A stretch of 33,517 bases of DNA from Clostridia bacterium. GTDB taxonomy: Bacteria; Bacillota; Clostridia; Oscillospirales; Acutalibacteraceae. Both the position numbers and the translations under genes were made by a program. Every line of letters begins with the position of its first letter. Position 1 is the stretch's first letter. The notes beneath the pieces were generated by a model. The model was given only the letters and a program-made list of their open reading frames with translations, had not been told where the DNA came from and did not search any database. Location of the stretch: contig JAFOEP010000038.1 in NCBI GenBank assembly GCA_017380115.1, forward strand, positions 1 through 33,517. The letters are read 5' to 3'. Below, piece by piece: positions 1-8,992 of the stretch.

Positions 1-404
1 GCTTTGATAAAACTTTCTTTGTCAGTTACAATCGGTTTTTCAATTCCCTCAAAAAGTCTCATTTCACCGTCAGATTCAATTGCTATTCCTTTTGTAATTA
101 TACCGTTAGCCAATTTTACATCTGAAATCGACTTGACCTTACCTGAAATTGTAGCGTGAATCGGAGCAGAAACATATTTGTCTGTGTCCCCAATCACCTG
201 ACCGACAGAAACCTCGTCGCCCACTTTGACAGTCGGCAGACATGGTGCTCCGATGTGTTGTTGCAGGGGAAGCAAAACTTCATCAGGCATCGGCATTCTC
301 TCAACAGGCATATCGGCAGTATTCTTGTTATGATGAACTGCAACTCCGCCTCGTACTTTTTTTACAGCAGACAACACTCCTGCGGGTTTTCTTTCTTTTT
401 TCAC
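1..404 (-). CDS. rnfC: Rnf electron-transport complex subunit C, N-terminal part (the gene continues beyond the window start)
   Basis: My minus-strand translation from GTG at 404 gives VKKERKPAGVLSAVKKVRGGVAVHHNKNTADMPVERMPMPDEVLLPLQQHIGAPCLPTVKVGDEVSVGQVIGD. The LPLxQHIGAPxxPxVKVGDxVxxGQ block is the typical RnfC N-terminus. The GTG overlaps the upstream stop (GTGA at 401-404). This ORF is missing from the track because it runs off the window edge. Confidence 0.7.
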   Translation of the reverse strand, partial: MKKERKPAGVLSAVKKVRGGVAVHHNKNTADMPVERMPMPDEVLLPLQQHIGAPCLPTVKVGDEVSVGQVIGDTDKYVSAPIHATISGKVKSISDVKLANGIITKGIAIESDGEMRLFEGIEKPIVTDKESFIK

Positions 405-934
405 TTTTCCAACCCCTTTGTTAAAATCTTATTTTCCTTTAATAAAACAGGCATAATAGTTTTCAATATAACACCCGTCAAAACACCCGTTATAATTGAC
501 ACTGCAAACAAAACGGGTGAATAAAGCATAATTTCAGGTGTACCCGAAATAAAAACTGATACTGCAAGCTGTGTAGCATTGTGACAAATTGCAGAGCTTA
601 CAGCTATTCCGACATAACCTATATCTACACTTTTGATTTTTATGAGAAGGCACATCAGTGCCGTACTTAATATCCCTCCGGCAAAACTCATAATTCCTGC
701 CGTAACCCCTCTTGTCAGAAACGCAAACAACGCTTTGAATACCGTTACGCAAAAAGCATATTTTGCTCCCAACGTTTCTGCGCAAAACATTGTGACAATG
801 TTGGAAAATCCGAGCTTTGCACCCGGTGGCATAAAAGAACCTGTCGGTATCAGGCTTTCAATCAACGAAATTGTGACTGCCTGAGCACACATCAACGCTG
901 AAATTGCTGTTTTCTGAGATAATGTTCTTTTCAT
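401..934 (-). CDS. Gx transporter family membrane protein (heptaprenyl diphosphate synthase component I-like)
   Basis: 177 aa polytopic membrane ORF, Gly/Ala-rich helices. It sits in the apbE / NusG-II / Gx arrangement that commonly precedes rnf in Clostridia. The family call is from recollection. Confidence 0.6.
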   Translation of the reverse strand: MKRTLSQKTAISALMCAQAVTISLIESLIPTGSFMPPGAKLGFSNIVTMFCAETLGAKYAFCVTVFKALFAFLTRGVTAGIMSFAGGILSTALMCLLIKIKSVDIGYVGIAVSSAICHNATQLAVSVFISGTPEIMLYSPVLFAVSIITGVLTGVILKTIMPVLLKENKILTKGLEK

Positions 935-935
935 A

Positions 936-1343
936 TCAATATGTCACAACATCAGGCAAAGACCTGTCGGTGCTACCTTTCAAAAGAATAGTGACCTTCT
1001 CAGGCACACACGAAGCAAACTGACCGCTTTTTGAAAGCCGACCTGCATTCAGACAAATTTCATCCTTGCAAGGACTGCTTTTAAAATATATCTCATTTTT
1101 TTCTACGGCTATTTCACATCTGCCGATATTCAAAACATAATTTTTTTCGTTTTTCGAAAGATTGACTGTTTCCACCGTTTTTCCGTCATACAATACGGTA
1201 GCAACAATGTCACCTTTTTTCAGAAAATTCGGTACAATAAAAGATGCGCATATAATCAGCACAGCGATTATCAGAATTATATCGAATCTTCCGAACAGTT
1301 TTCTTTGTTCAGTTTTTCGTGAGAAAAAATTTTTCATTTTCAC
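936..1343 (-). CDS. NusG domain II-containing, N-terminally membrane-anchored small protein
   Basis: 135 aa with one N-terminal TM helix (FDIILIIAVLIICASFIV) followed by a beta-rich domain (VLYDGKTVETVNLS...CEIAVEKNEIYF...CKDEIC). Its ATGA start overlaps the apbE stop (1340-1343). Confidence 0.55.
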   Translation of the reverse strand: MKMKNFFSRKTEQRKLFGRFDIILIIAVLIICASFIVPNFLKKGDIVATVLYDGKTVETVNLSKNEKNYVLNIGRCEIAVEKNEIYFKSSPCKDEICLNAGRLSKSGQFASCVPEKVTILLKGSTDRSLPDVVTY

Positions 1344-2359
1344 GAATCCTTTTCAATTAATTTATATTCATCTGAAACGACATTTAATTTCAAAGAAAAG
1401 CCGTCTGATACTTTTATGCTTTTGTCCTTGAAAACGAAAACTGCCTGAGCGTCATATTTTTTCAGAAGTTCAGCACTTTCTTCATATCCCATAACAAGAC
1501 ACGCACTTGAAAGCGCATCGCTCAACCAACCCTCATCGCAAAAAACACTTACCGACAATATATCATTTTCAACAGGATATCCTGTATCGGTTGAAAGAAT
1601 GTGATGATAAGTTTTACCGCTTTTATCTTCGGAATATCTTTCGTATGTTCCGGAAGTGGAAACAAAAATGTTGTTTGTTTTAACTGTTATAATGTAGTCA
1701 GCAGAATCTTTCTGAGGTTCTCTGATTCCCACAGAAAATTCTTTGTCATTTTTTTCGCTCCACAAAACAGCGCTTCCTCCAACGCTGACAACTGCATTTT
1801 TCAAGTTTGTATTTTCAATGATTTCCAAAGCTTCGTCGCAGGCTATTCCTTTTCCTACGCAACCGAAATCAATGCTTTGATTCTGAGATATGTTTACTTT
1901 GTTGTTTTCAATCCGTATGTTTTCGTATCCGACGCCGACAAGTATTTTGTCAACATCTTCTTTTGACAGCACTTTAAAATCCTGAGTGCCGATACCCCAT
2001 GCGTCTGTCAATTCACCAACAGTAATATCAATTGTGCCATTACAGTTCTTCGAAAAATCAATCATTTTTTTGATATAAGAAAGAGTCTTGTCGGAAACCT
2101 CATAGCTTTTCAATTCGTTAATTTTTGAAACATCAGACGTTGAAATGTTTTTTGAAATTTCTCTGTTTTCACATTCAACAATTCTTTTGTTAATTTTATC
2201 ATAAATGTTTTCGCAGTTTTTTCCTTTTAAAGATATGTCAACTTGTGTCGCCATAGCATAGGTAGTTTTTTTGAAGTCCTCAGAAAAATCAAAAGCAAAT
2301 ATCGTTGCTGCAATTGCAACAATACAGATTATTAAAATTGCAATTTTTTTCTTGTTCAA
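1340..2359 (-). CDS. apbE: FAD:protein FMN transferase (ApbE family), signal/anchor at the N-terminus
   Basis: 339 aa. ApbE-type motifs: FGCVGKGIACDEA, VSVGGS, VSTSGTYERY and YHHILSTDTGYP. The N-terminal hydrophobic segment is MNKKKIAILIICIVAIAATIFA. Confidence 0.8.
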   Translation of the reverse strand: MNKKKIAILIICIVAIAATIFAFDFSEDFKKTTYAMATQVDISLKGKNCENIYDKINKRIVECENREISKNISTSDVSKINELKSYEVSDKTLSYIKKMIDFSKNCNGTIDITVGELTDAWGIGTQDFKVLSKEDVDKILVGVGYENIRIENNKVNISQNQSIDFGCVGKGIACDEALEIIENTNLKNAVVSVGGSAVLWSEKNDKEFSVGIREPQKDSADYIITVKTNNIFVSTSGTYERYSEDKSGKTYHHILSTDTGYPVENDILSVSVFCDEGWLSDALSSACLVMGYEESAELLKKYDAQAVFVFKDKSIKVSDGFSLKLNVVSDEYKLIEKDS

Positions 2360-2455
2360 AATTTTTACCCCTTTAAAAACAATTACAATAATATTTATAA
2401 TCAGCAGACTTCATAGATTACAATTCACTCTTACTAATTATAAACACCCAATCGT

Positions 2456-2484
2456 ATTATAGCATACAGGAGCAAAAACTTCAA
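2456..2484 (-). promoter_or_regulatory. Candidate sigma-A promoter for the apbE-rnf operon
   Basis: Minus strand reads TTGAAG, a 17-nt spacer ending in TGc, then TATAAT (an extended -10). It lies about 95 nt upstream of the apbE ATG. Confidence 0.45.
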
Positions 2485-2652
2485 CAATTAAAGTTGAGAA
2501 ACTTCGAAAAAACGGTTGTTTTGTTGAAACTGTAACAAACCACCGACAAGCCCTGAAAATACTATGTTTTTATCAATTCAGAATCCTTTTTTGTTTTTTA
2601 AAAAATTACAAATTTACATCATTTTATGAAATATTCCATTATTTTCATCACA

Positions 2653-2708
2653 GAAAAATAACGACTGCAAATCCGACACCTGAACAACGTGTTTTGCAGT
2701 CGTTTTTC
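2653..2708. terminator. Bidirectional intrinsic terminator downstream of the GH78-like gene
   Basis: Perfect 11-bp stem AACGACTGCAA (2660-2670) / TTGCAGTCGTT (2694-2704), flanked by an A-run on one side and a T-run on the other. Confidence 0.55.
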
Positions 2709-2754
2709 AATTTATAACAAATCAGAGTTCAATTTTTGCGTGAGTAAAACAATT

Positions 2755-4848
2755 TTATTCACCGTTTGGTAAAATCACACGTTTTCTGATGCCCTCAGGG
2801 GAGTTTATTTCTATTCTGAATTCTGAGTTTTCATTTTTCCAGGAAACAAAAACGTCACCGTATCTTGTAGGCGTATTTCCTTTTGCAAATGTAAGCTGAG
2901 AAATTACGGGTCTGATAACTATTTCATCATCAAAGCCAACTTTTACTCCAAGCACGTTTGACGAAAATTCATAAAGAGGTGCTGAGCTCCATGCGTGACA
3001 TTCACTTCTCGGATTGTCCGGATTTTCGCACCATGTTGTGCAATGCAAATCTATCATCTTTTCCCAACCGTCAAGATTGTTGAAAATCTCCTCTGTCTTT
3101 CCGCATTTTTCAAATGCTCTGAAAAGATAGTAGTTGACAGAGAATGTCGATTTTTTCAATCCCTCATCGTTTATATGCCCCATTATTTCCTGAGCATCCT
3201 TACCTGTTAAAATTTCAGAAAGCACTGACCACATGATTGTGTGCATACTGTAATCGCTGCCCTTTTCACCGTCGGTGAAAAGACCTCTTTCTTTGTCATA
3301 GCAATTTTCAAATATAGCCTTTTTTACAGCGTCGTATCTTTTCGCATAATCTTCTGCTATCCCGCTTCGTCCGACATTTTTGCAGATGTTTTCTGCGCAC
3401 AGCAAAGCGTATGCGTAATACATATTATATAATGTAATTGCTTCATTGTCTCTTATATCGGGCTCTCCGTTGGGCCATCCCACAACCCAATCAGCAAAAT
3501 CCCAATAGCAGCTTTTGTTTATCAATCCTTTTTCAGACAAGCTGTCATCAAAATATGACAGTATTTTGTCCACACAACTTACAAATTTCTTTGCAAATGT
3601 TATATCCTTGGAATATTCAAGATAATCGTTAAGTAAAAATATCCAGAAGAACGAAAATCCCGGTATAATCTGACGGTAATTTGCAGGATAATTCGCAAGC
3701 AAAAGACCTGTGTCGGGTTGTTGGGAAACCGCAAATTCTTCTATGCTTTTTCTTACCATTCTGACGTCATCGGTCATTCGCATCAAAACAGAACTTTCAA
3801 TTGCTGTGTCCATAATGTACTGCTGTTGCTCATAATACGGACAATCATAAAAAGTGTCGTGGGTGCAACAAAGCATAGTGTTTACGCTGATTTCATACAT
3901 CTTGTTAAGTTTATCGTCTGAACACTCGAAGCTTCCCGTCTGTTTTATCGGATAATGCCAGAACTTTGCCTTTATAGACTTAAACGCTTCATCTATGTTG
4001 TCAGCTTCAATACGAATAAATCTGAACGACCTGAACCAGAAAGGAGAATATTGCATATCTTCAGTGGTTTTGATTTCATCATAATGACCTATCAGTTTTC
4101 CGCTTGTGTCGTCACGCATACCTTTAAAATTTTTGCCGATATAACATTCTGAATAGATGATTTTTGCGTTGACGTTTCCGGAAATTTCAAACCAGACTTT
4201 TGCCGTTGTATATTTACCGCTGTCAAGCTCAATAAAGTTGTCGCCCTTTCTGACAACGGTAAATTCGATATCTTCGCAAGGGAATATCATCGGTATCGGT
4301 CTTGGTTGCAGGAGATGTCCTTCTGCGATTCCGTAACTTGTCTCTATTCCTTTTGAGAAATCAAATCCTCCCGCTTTTTCTAATGAATAGCTTTGCGGAG
4401 CTATTGAAAAATCAACTTTTTCATAAGGAGGAAGCATACGGAATTCTGTGAAAATAAAATCATATCTGTTGTGCCTGATGCACTCCCAGCTTGTGTCCGA
4501 AACAATTGTGTTTGTCTCAGATTTTGCTTCAAAGATGATTTCAGGTTTTAACGAATGATGTATTGTAGTAAAATTCCAATTATCATTGAAATTCAAAACA
4601 ATTATTCTGATTTTATTTTTGCCCTCACAAAAAGCGTCCGTTTCAACGCTGTCATAATAGCGTACATATTCATGTCCTTTGCATGGGCCTTCACAGATAT
4701 ACTCTCCGTTAATTTTCAGAATGTATCTGCCCGTTGTGAAAATATTTATATTATACTTTTCAGATTTTTCAATTTCTACCGTTTTTGAAAACTCAAAAAA
4801 TCCTCCGGGCGTATATTCAGCACTTGGTCTGATATAATCAACTCTCAT
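2755..4848 (-). CDS. Six-hairpin glycoside hydrolase, GH78-like (alpha-L-rhamnosidase family), no signal peptide
   Basis: 697 aa. The DCPYYEQQQYIMD, WDFADWV and CHAWSSAPLYEF blocks resemble the catalytic (alpha/alpha)6 domain of GH78-type enzymes. The family assignment is by memory and the substrate is unknown. Confidence 0.5.
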   Translation of the reverse strand: MRVDYIRPSAEYTPGGFFEFSKTVEIEKSEKYNINIFTTGRYILKINGEYICEGPCKGHEYVRYYDSVETDAFCEGKNKIRIIVLNFNDNWNFTTIHHSLKPEIIFEAKSETNTIVSDTSWECIRHNRYDFIFTEFRMLPPYEKVDFSIAPQSYSLEKAGGFDFSKGIETSYGIAEGHLLQPRPIPMIFPCEDIEFTVVRKGDNFIELDSGKYTTAKVWFEISGNVNAKIIYSECYIGKNFKGMRDDTSGKLIGHYDEIKTTEDMQYSPFWFRSFRFIRIEADNIDEAFKSIKAKFWHYPIKQTGSFECSDDKLNKMYEISVNTMLCCTHDTFYDCPYYEQQQYIMDTAIESSVLMRMTDDVRMVRKSIEEFAVSQQPDTGLLLANYPANYRQIIPGFSFFWIFLLNDYLEYSKDITFAKKFVSCVDKILSYFDDSLSEKGLINKSCYWDFADWVVGWPNGEPDIRDNEAITLYNMYYAYALLCAENICKNVGRSGIAEDYAKRYDAVKKAIFENCYDKERGLFTDGEKGSDYSMHTIMWSVLSEILTGKDAQEIMGHINDEGLKKSTFSVNYYLFRAFEKCGKTEEIFNNLDGWEKMIDLHCTTWCENPDNPRSECHAWSSAPLYEFSSNVLGVKVGFDDEIVIRPVISQLTFAKGNTPTRYGDVFVSWKNENSEFRIEINSPEGIRKRVILPNGE

Positions 4849-6557
4849 TTTTCTTCTCCTACTGTCAAAAATAATTTTTCAATTTCAGAAATTTCACTTT
4901 TTTTGTTTTTTGACAACCACTCGTTAATATATTTTTCAAGCCATTTTTTTGTGTTAGTGTGTCGTTCAATCTCAAAATCCTGAACTTTTGCAAAAATTTC
5001 TGCAATAACTTCAATTCCTTCCGCCGCTATCAACATTTCTTTTCTATATTCATCGTTCAACCACTGTTCATTTTCAATCTGTGCTATAAAATCGTCACAA
5101 TCTTTCTGAACAGCTTTAATCACTTCTTCTGACGGCAATGGAGGGTTGAGTTTCTTCTCGTACAACATATCTGAATAATACTGAACAAACGACTGCCAAC
5201 TGATACCATCATGAATTGAGCTTAATTTTTTCAGTTTTTCTGTTGCACCGTTGTGTTTGTACAACACAACATCAAGCTTATTAAAAAACTCCTCTGCCAA
5301 TGTTTTGACATTCCATGATTTTTCTGCACCAAAACAGAGTCCGCACATAGAAAGTTCAAGACTGCAAGGATTGCCGTAGTCACCCCAGTTGGTGTTCAGT
5401 ACACCTTTTGCACCATATTCATATCCGACCTCTGCCATCATTTGAATGTTTTCAATGCTGACACTTAACTTTTCACACAATCTGTTCCATGTATTCACAC
5501 CGGGACAAACTATCTGCTGTCTGTTTAAATCGCTAAATCTTTTAACTTTCAGTTCAATCATTTTATGGCAGTTATCATACTCCCAATTCAAAAGCATTAC
5601 ATTTTCTGGTATGGCGCAAACTTGTTCAGGATGTACAAGCAAAATGTCTCCCCACATCATAACTTCTTTTCCTTTTGAATGGAGATATTCAATTATCTTA
5701 TTGGTAAAGCCTACATACAATTCACCCGTATCCAAATCTTTGTGTTTTCCGTGTTTTAAATCAAATGTTTCGTCACAACAAATGTTAAACTTGTTTGAAG
5801 AAAAAAGTTGCAAATATTGGTCAATAAGACTTTTGATAAGTTCAAAGCTCTGAGGATTTAACGGATCTATGGTATGATGAGTCATTCTCTCATACCAGAA
5901 AATATGTTCATTCTCAAAATCTTCAATTTCAGACAAATGTTTATATTCAGGTCTTTGCAACAATTCAAACAAATGTCCAAATGTTGAAAGCGATGGTATC
6001 AATTCTATAAAGTTATCCTGACAGTATTTGTCAAGCTCTTTAATTTCGTCAGCGGTAATATATCCCGTCTTTTCTATGCTGTTGGAAAATTCCTTAAATT
6101 CAAAAGTATGCTCTACATAAAGTTGCAATGAATTAAGCTTGAAATATGCCATTTTATCAACCAAATCTTTTAACGTTTCAAGCGTCGGCACTTTTCCTCT
6201 CGTAATATCGTGGTAAAACCCTCTGTGAGAAAAGTCGGGGCAGTCAACAATTTTGCAACAAGGTATTTTCTCGTTTTCAAAAATTTGCCTCAATGTCTGT
6301 ATTCCATAAAAAGCGCCTTGCACACCATCAGACGAAAGCAAAATTTTTTCTTCTGACAATTCCAGAATATATTTTTCACTGTTTTGAGAACCAATTTTTA
6401 GTTGAAGTTCAATTCCGTTATCGTCACACGGCAGTTTTTTTAAAATCGAAACCAAGCGACTGTCTATTCCATCAAGATTAATTCTGATTTTTCTTTTATT
6501 TAAAAAATTGTTTGTTTCAATAATCTCTTTTGGTTGTGGAATCAATTTCAGTTCCAT
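4845..6557 (-). CDS. GH20-family beta-N-acetylhexosaminidase-like protein, no signal peptide
   Basis: 570 aa. Matches are HRGFYHDITRGKVPTLETLKDLVDKMAYFKLNSLQLYVEH (start of the GH20 TIM barrel) and ICCDETFDL (a D-E catalytic pair). Its stop overlaps the start of the next gene by 4 nt. Confidence 0.6.
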   Translation of the reverse strand: MELKLIPQPKEIIETNNFLNKRKIRINLDGIDSRLVSILKKLPCDDNGIELQLKIGSQNSEKYILELSEEKILLSSDGVQGAFYGIQTLRQIFENEKIPCCKIVDCPDFSHRGFYHDITRGKVPTLETLKDLVDKMAYFKLNSLQLYVEHTFEFKEFSNSIEKTGYITADEIKELDKYCQDNFIELIPSLSTFGHLFELLQRPEYKHLSEIEDFENEHIFWYERMTHHTIDPLNPQSFELIKSLIDQYLQLFSSNKFNICCDETFDLKHGKHKDLDTGELYVGFTNKIIEYLHSKGKEVMMWGDILLVHPEQVCAIPENVMLLNWEYDNCHKMIELKVKRFSDLNRQQIVCPGVNTWNRLCEKLSVSIENIQMMAEVGYEYGAKGVLNTNWGDYGNPCSLELSMCGLCFGAEKSWNVKTLAEEFFNKLDVVLYKHNGATEKLKKLSSIHDGISWQSFVQYYSDMLYEKKLNPPLPSEEVIKAVQKDCDDFIAQIENEQWLNDEYRKEMLIAAEGIEVIAEIFAKVQDFEIERHTNTKKWLEKYINEWLSKNKKSEISEIEKLFLTVGEEK

Positions 6558-6601
6558 TTTACTTTTCTCCGTTCTTTTTATAATAACATTTTTATGCTGT
6601 T

Positions 6602-6630
6602 ATTATCCTATATCACAAAAGAATTGTCAA
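6602..6630 (-). promoter_or_regulatory. Candidate sigma-A promoter for the GH20/GH78 pair
   Basis: Minus strand reads TTGACA, 17 nt, GATAAT. A GGAGAAAAG ribosome-binding site precedes the ATG at 6557. Confidence 0.45.
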
Positions 6631-6635
6631 CAATT

Positions 6636-6691
6636 ACAAAAACAGCAAATAACTTACAAAATCTTTTTCAGATCAAGCATAAGTTATTTGC
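6636..6691 (-). terminator. Intrinsic terminator after the efp / CD1247-like pair
   Basis: 12-bp stem GCAAATAACTTA (6645-6656) / TAAGTTATTTGC (6680-6691). On the minus strand it is followed by TGTTTTTGT. Confidence 0.5.
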
Positions 6692-6711
6692 TGTAAATTT
6701 TAAGATATCAA

Positions 6712-7125
6712 TTATTCTTCGTCGTCGTCAAAATCAATGTCAAATTCAAGTGTTTCGCCACAATTAGGACATTCGATTTCACCGTCTTCAAGAATTTCTG
6801 AGTTAATAGTAATTGTTTCGTTGCATGAAGGGCAAGTTACTTCGAAATATTCTTCTTCGTCATCGTCATAATCTTCGCCACAGCAAGAACAACCTTCAAA
6901 TTCGTCGCAAACATAATCTTCAAGATCTTCTAAATCTGCGTCGATCTCGTCAATCATTTCTTCAACGCTTGCAACTTCGTCTTCCAAGTCAGCTACACTC
7001 AAAGCCATATCATCAAGAACATCAATGATAGCGTTTATAACTTTAACTTCGTCTTTGTCCTCATCAAGCTTCAAGCCTTCAACAAGGCCTCTGAGATAAG
7101 CAACTTTTTCTGTTATAGTCATCAT
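6712..7125 (-). CDS. CD1247 N-terminal domain-like, highly acidic zinc-ribbon protein
   Basis: 137 aa. N-terminus MMTITEKVAYLRGLVEGLKLD, long D/E tracts, and a C-terminal CPSC...CPNC zinc ribbon. It lies directly downstream of efp, as I recall for the C. difficile CD1247 locus. Confidence 0.55.
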   Translation of the reverse strand: MMTITEKVAYLRGLVEGLKLDEDKDEVKVINAIIDVLDDMALSVADLEDEVASVEEMIDEIDADLEDLEDYVCDEFEGCSCCGEDYDDDEEEYFEVTCPSCNETITINSEILEDGEIECPNCGETLEFDIDFDDDEE

Positions 7126-7143
7126 AGCAAAAACTCCTTAAAA

Positions 7144-7701
7144 TTAAGCTCTTGACATATATTCTCCCGTACGGGTGTCAATGTTAATCATTTCTCCTTC
7201 GTCGATAAACAACGGAACTTTAACTTCTGCGCCTGTTTCAAGAGTTGCAGGTTTTGTAGCGTTAGTAGCTGTGTCACCTTTGAATCCAGGGTCAGTCTGA
7301 GTCACCTGAAGAGTTACAAATGTAGGTGGTTCAACACCGAAAACATTGCCTTTGTATGAAAGAACTTTGCAAACCATATTTTCTTTAACGAATTTAAAGT
7401 TGTCGCTAAGTTCACTTTCGTTAATAGGAATAAGTTCATAGCTTTCAGGATCCATAAAATAGTAAAGACCGCCATCGCTGTATGAATATTCCATATCTTT
7501 ACGTTCAATATAAGCTGTCGGGAATTTTGCTGTCGGGTTAAAAGTTGTTTCAGTCACAGCACCGGAAATAACATTTCTGAGCTTAGTTCTTACAAATGCA
7601 GCACCTTTACCCGGTTTAACGTGTTGGAATTCAATAATCTGATAAACATTTCCTTCCATTTCAAAAGTAATTCCATTTCTGAAATCGCCTGCTGATACCA
7701 T
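7144..7701 (-). CDS. efp: Elongation factor P
   Basis: 185 aa. The N-terminus [37 protein letters not shown] is canonical EF-P, including the KPGKG loop. Confidence 0.95.
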   Translation of the reverse strand: MVSAGDFRNGITFEMEGNVYQIIEFQHVKPGKGAAFVRTKLRNVISGAVTETTFNPTAKFPTAYIERKDMEYSYSDGGLYYFMDPESYELIPINESELSDNFKFVKENMVCKVLSYKGNVFGVEPPTFVTLQVTQTDPGFKGDTATNATKPATLETGAEVKVPLFIDEGEMINIDTRTGEYMSRA

Positions 7702-7733
7702 ATGTTTTATCCTCCAAAATTTTTATTATCTTT

Positions 7734-7762
7734 ATTTTACACTATTTTTTTTGCAAATGCAA
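7734..7762 (-). promoter_or_regulatory. Candidate promoter for efp
   Basis: Minus strand reads TTGCAT, 17 nt, TAAAAT. A GGAGGA ribosome-binding site lies upstream of the efp ATG. Confidence 0.35.
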
Positions 7763-7767
7763 TACCC

Positions 7768-8976
7768 TTATTTTGCAGGGAAAAATGCCTTGTGAACAGC
7801 TGATACAGCCTTGTCAGCATTTTCTTTTTCAATAAGTACAGAGATTTTGATTTCACTTGTTGAAATCATCTGAATGTTGATGTCGCTTTCATAGAGAGCT
7901 TCAAACATTTTTGAAGCTGTGCCCGGATGAGATTCCATACCTGCGCCAACAACTGAAATTTTAGCAACGTTAGTATTGATTTCAACTTTTGCTTCCTGAT
8001 ATTCAAAAGAATTTTCGATTATTTCTTTAACTGTGTCACAGTTGTCACATGTTGTTGTGAAAGTGATGTCTTTTGTTCCATCTCTGCCAACTGATTGAAG
8101 AATTATGTCTATGTTCACGTTCTTTGCTGCAAGTTTATCAAAAATTTTGAATGCAACTCCGGGTGTGTCCGGTAAATTCATAATACAAACACGAGCAACG
8201 TCTGTGTCTTTTGTAACCCCTCTGACAAGCATTTTTTCCATATTTGCTACCTCCTTAACGATTGTTCCGGGTTTATTTGTAAGACTTGAAAGAACTTCAA
8301 GTTCAACATTATATTTTTTTGCCATTTCAACTGAACGGTTGTTGAGTACCTGTGCGCCGAGAGTTGCAAGTTCAAGCATTTCGTCATAAGTAATATCTTT
8401 GAGCTTCTGTGCGTTCTCAACTTTTCTCGGGTCTGCTGTATAAACACCGTCAACGTCTGTGAAAATCTGACATTTGTCTGCGTGCATTACAGCTGCGATT
8501 GCAACTGCACTTGTGTCAGAGCCGCCTCTTCCGAGAGTTGTCAGATCGTCATATTTGTTAATACCCTGAAATCCTGCAACAATAACAATATTGTTTTTGG
8601 AAATTTCATTTTTCAATCTTTCATCGTTAATTTTCTTGATTCTCGCTTTTCCATAGCTTGAAGAAGTATTAAAACCTGCTTGCCAACCGAGAAGAGAAAT
8701 GACCGGGAATCCAAGATTTTTTATTGCCATTGCAAGAAGAGCGATTGAAATTTGTTCTCCTGAACAAAGAAGCATATCCATTTCTCTTGCCGAAGGCTTT
8801 GCACTGATTTCATTAGCCTTTGCAATCAAATCATCAGTGGTATCACCTTGAGCGGAAACAACAACGATAACGTCGTTACCCTGCTTATAGGTGTCCGTAA
8901 CAATCTTTGCTACGTTGTTTACTCTCTGAGCGTCTGCAACAGAACTTCCACCGAATTTCTGAACAATTAATCCCAT
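7768..8976 (-). CDS. Aspartate kinase (monofunctional, with C-terminal ACT domains)
   Basis: LIVQKFGGSSV, GRGGSDTSAVAIA and the ACT-like C-terminus match aspartate kinase. I place the start at ATG 8976 (MGLIVQKFGG), which follows AAGGATGG and avoids overlap with hom. The track ORF begins 30 nt earlier, at 9006. Confidence 0.9.
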   Translation of the reverse strand: MGLIVQKFGGSSVADAQRVNNVAKIVTDTYKQGNDVIVVVSAQGDTTDDLIAKANEISAKPSAREMDMLLCSGEQISIALLAMAIKNLGFPVISLLGWQAGFNTSSSYGKARIKKINDERLKNEISKNNIVIVAGFQGINKYDDLTTLGRGGSDTSAVAIAAVMHADKCQIFTDVDGVYTADPRKVENAQKLKDITYDEMLELATLGAQVLNNRSVEMAKKYNVELEVLSSLTNKPGTIVKEVANMEKMLVRGVTKDTDVARVCIMNLPDTPGVAFKIFDKLAAKNVNIDIILQSVGRDGTKDITFTTTCDNCDTVKEIIENSFEYQEAKVEINTNVAKISVVGAGMESHPGTASKMFEALYESDINIQMISTSEIKISVLIEKENADKAVSAVHKAFFPAK

Positions 8977-8992
8977 TTTGTTAACACCATCC

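Noticed and set aside
156-524. Plus-strand ORFs 156-524 and 242-424
   Set aside because: They lie antisense to the well-supported rnfC N-terminus and the end of the Gx transporter gene. Their sequence is low-complexity and they have no ribosome-binding site.
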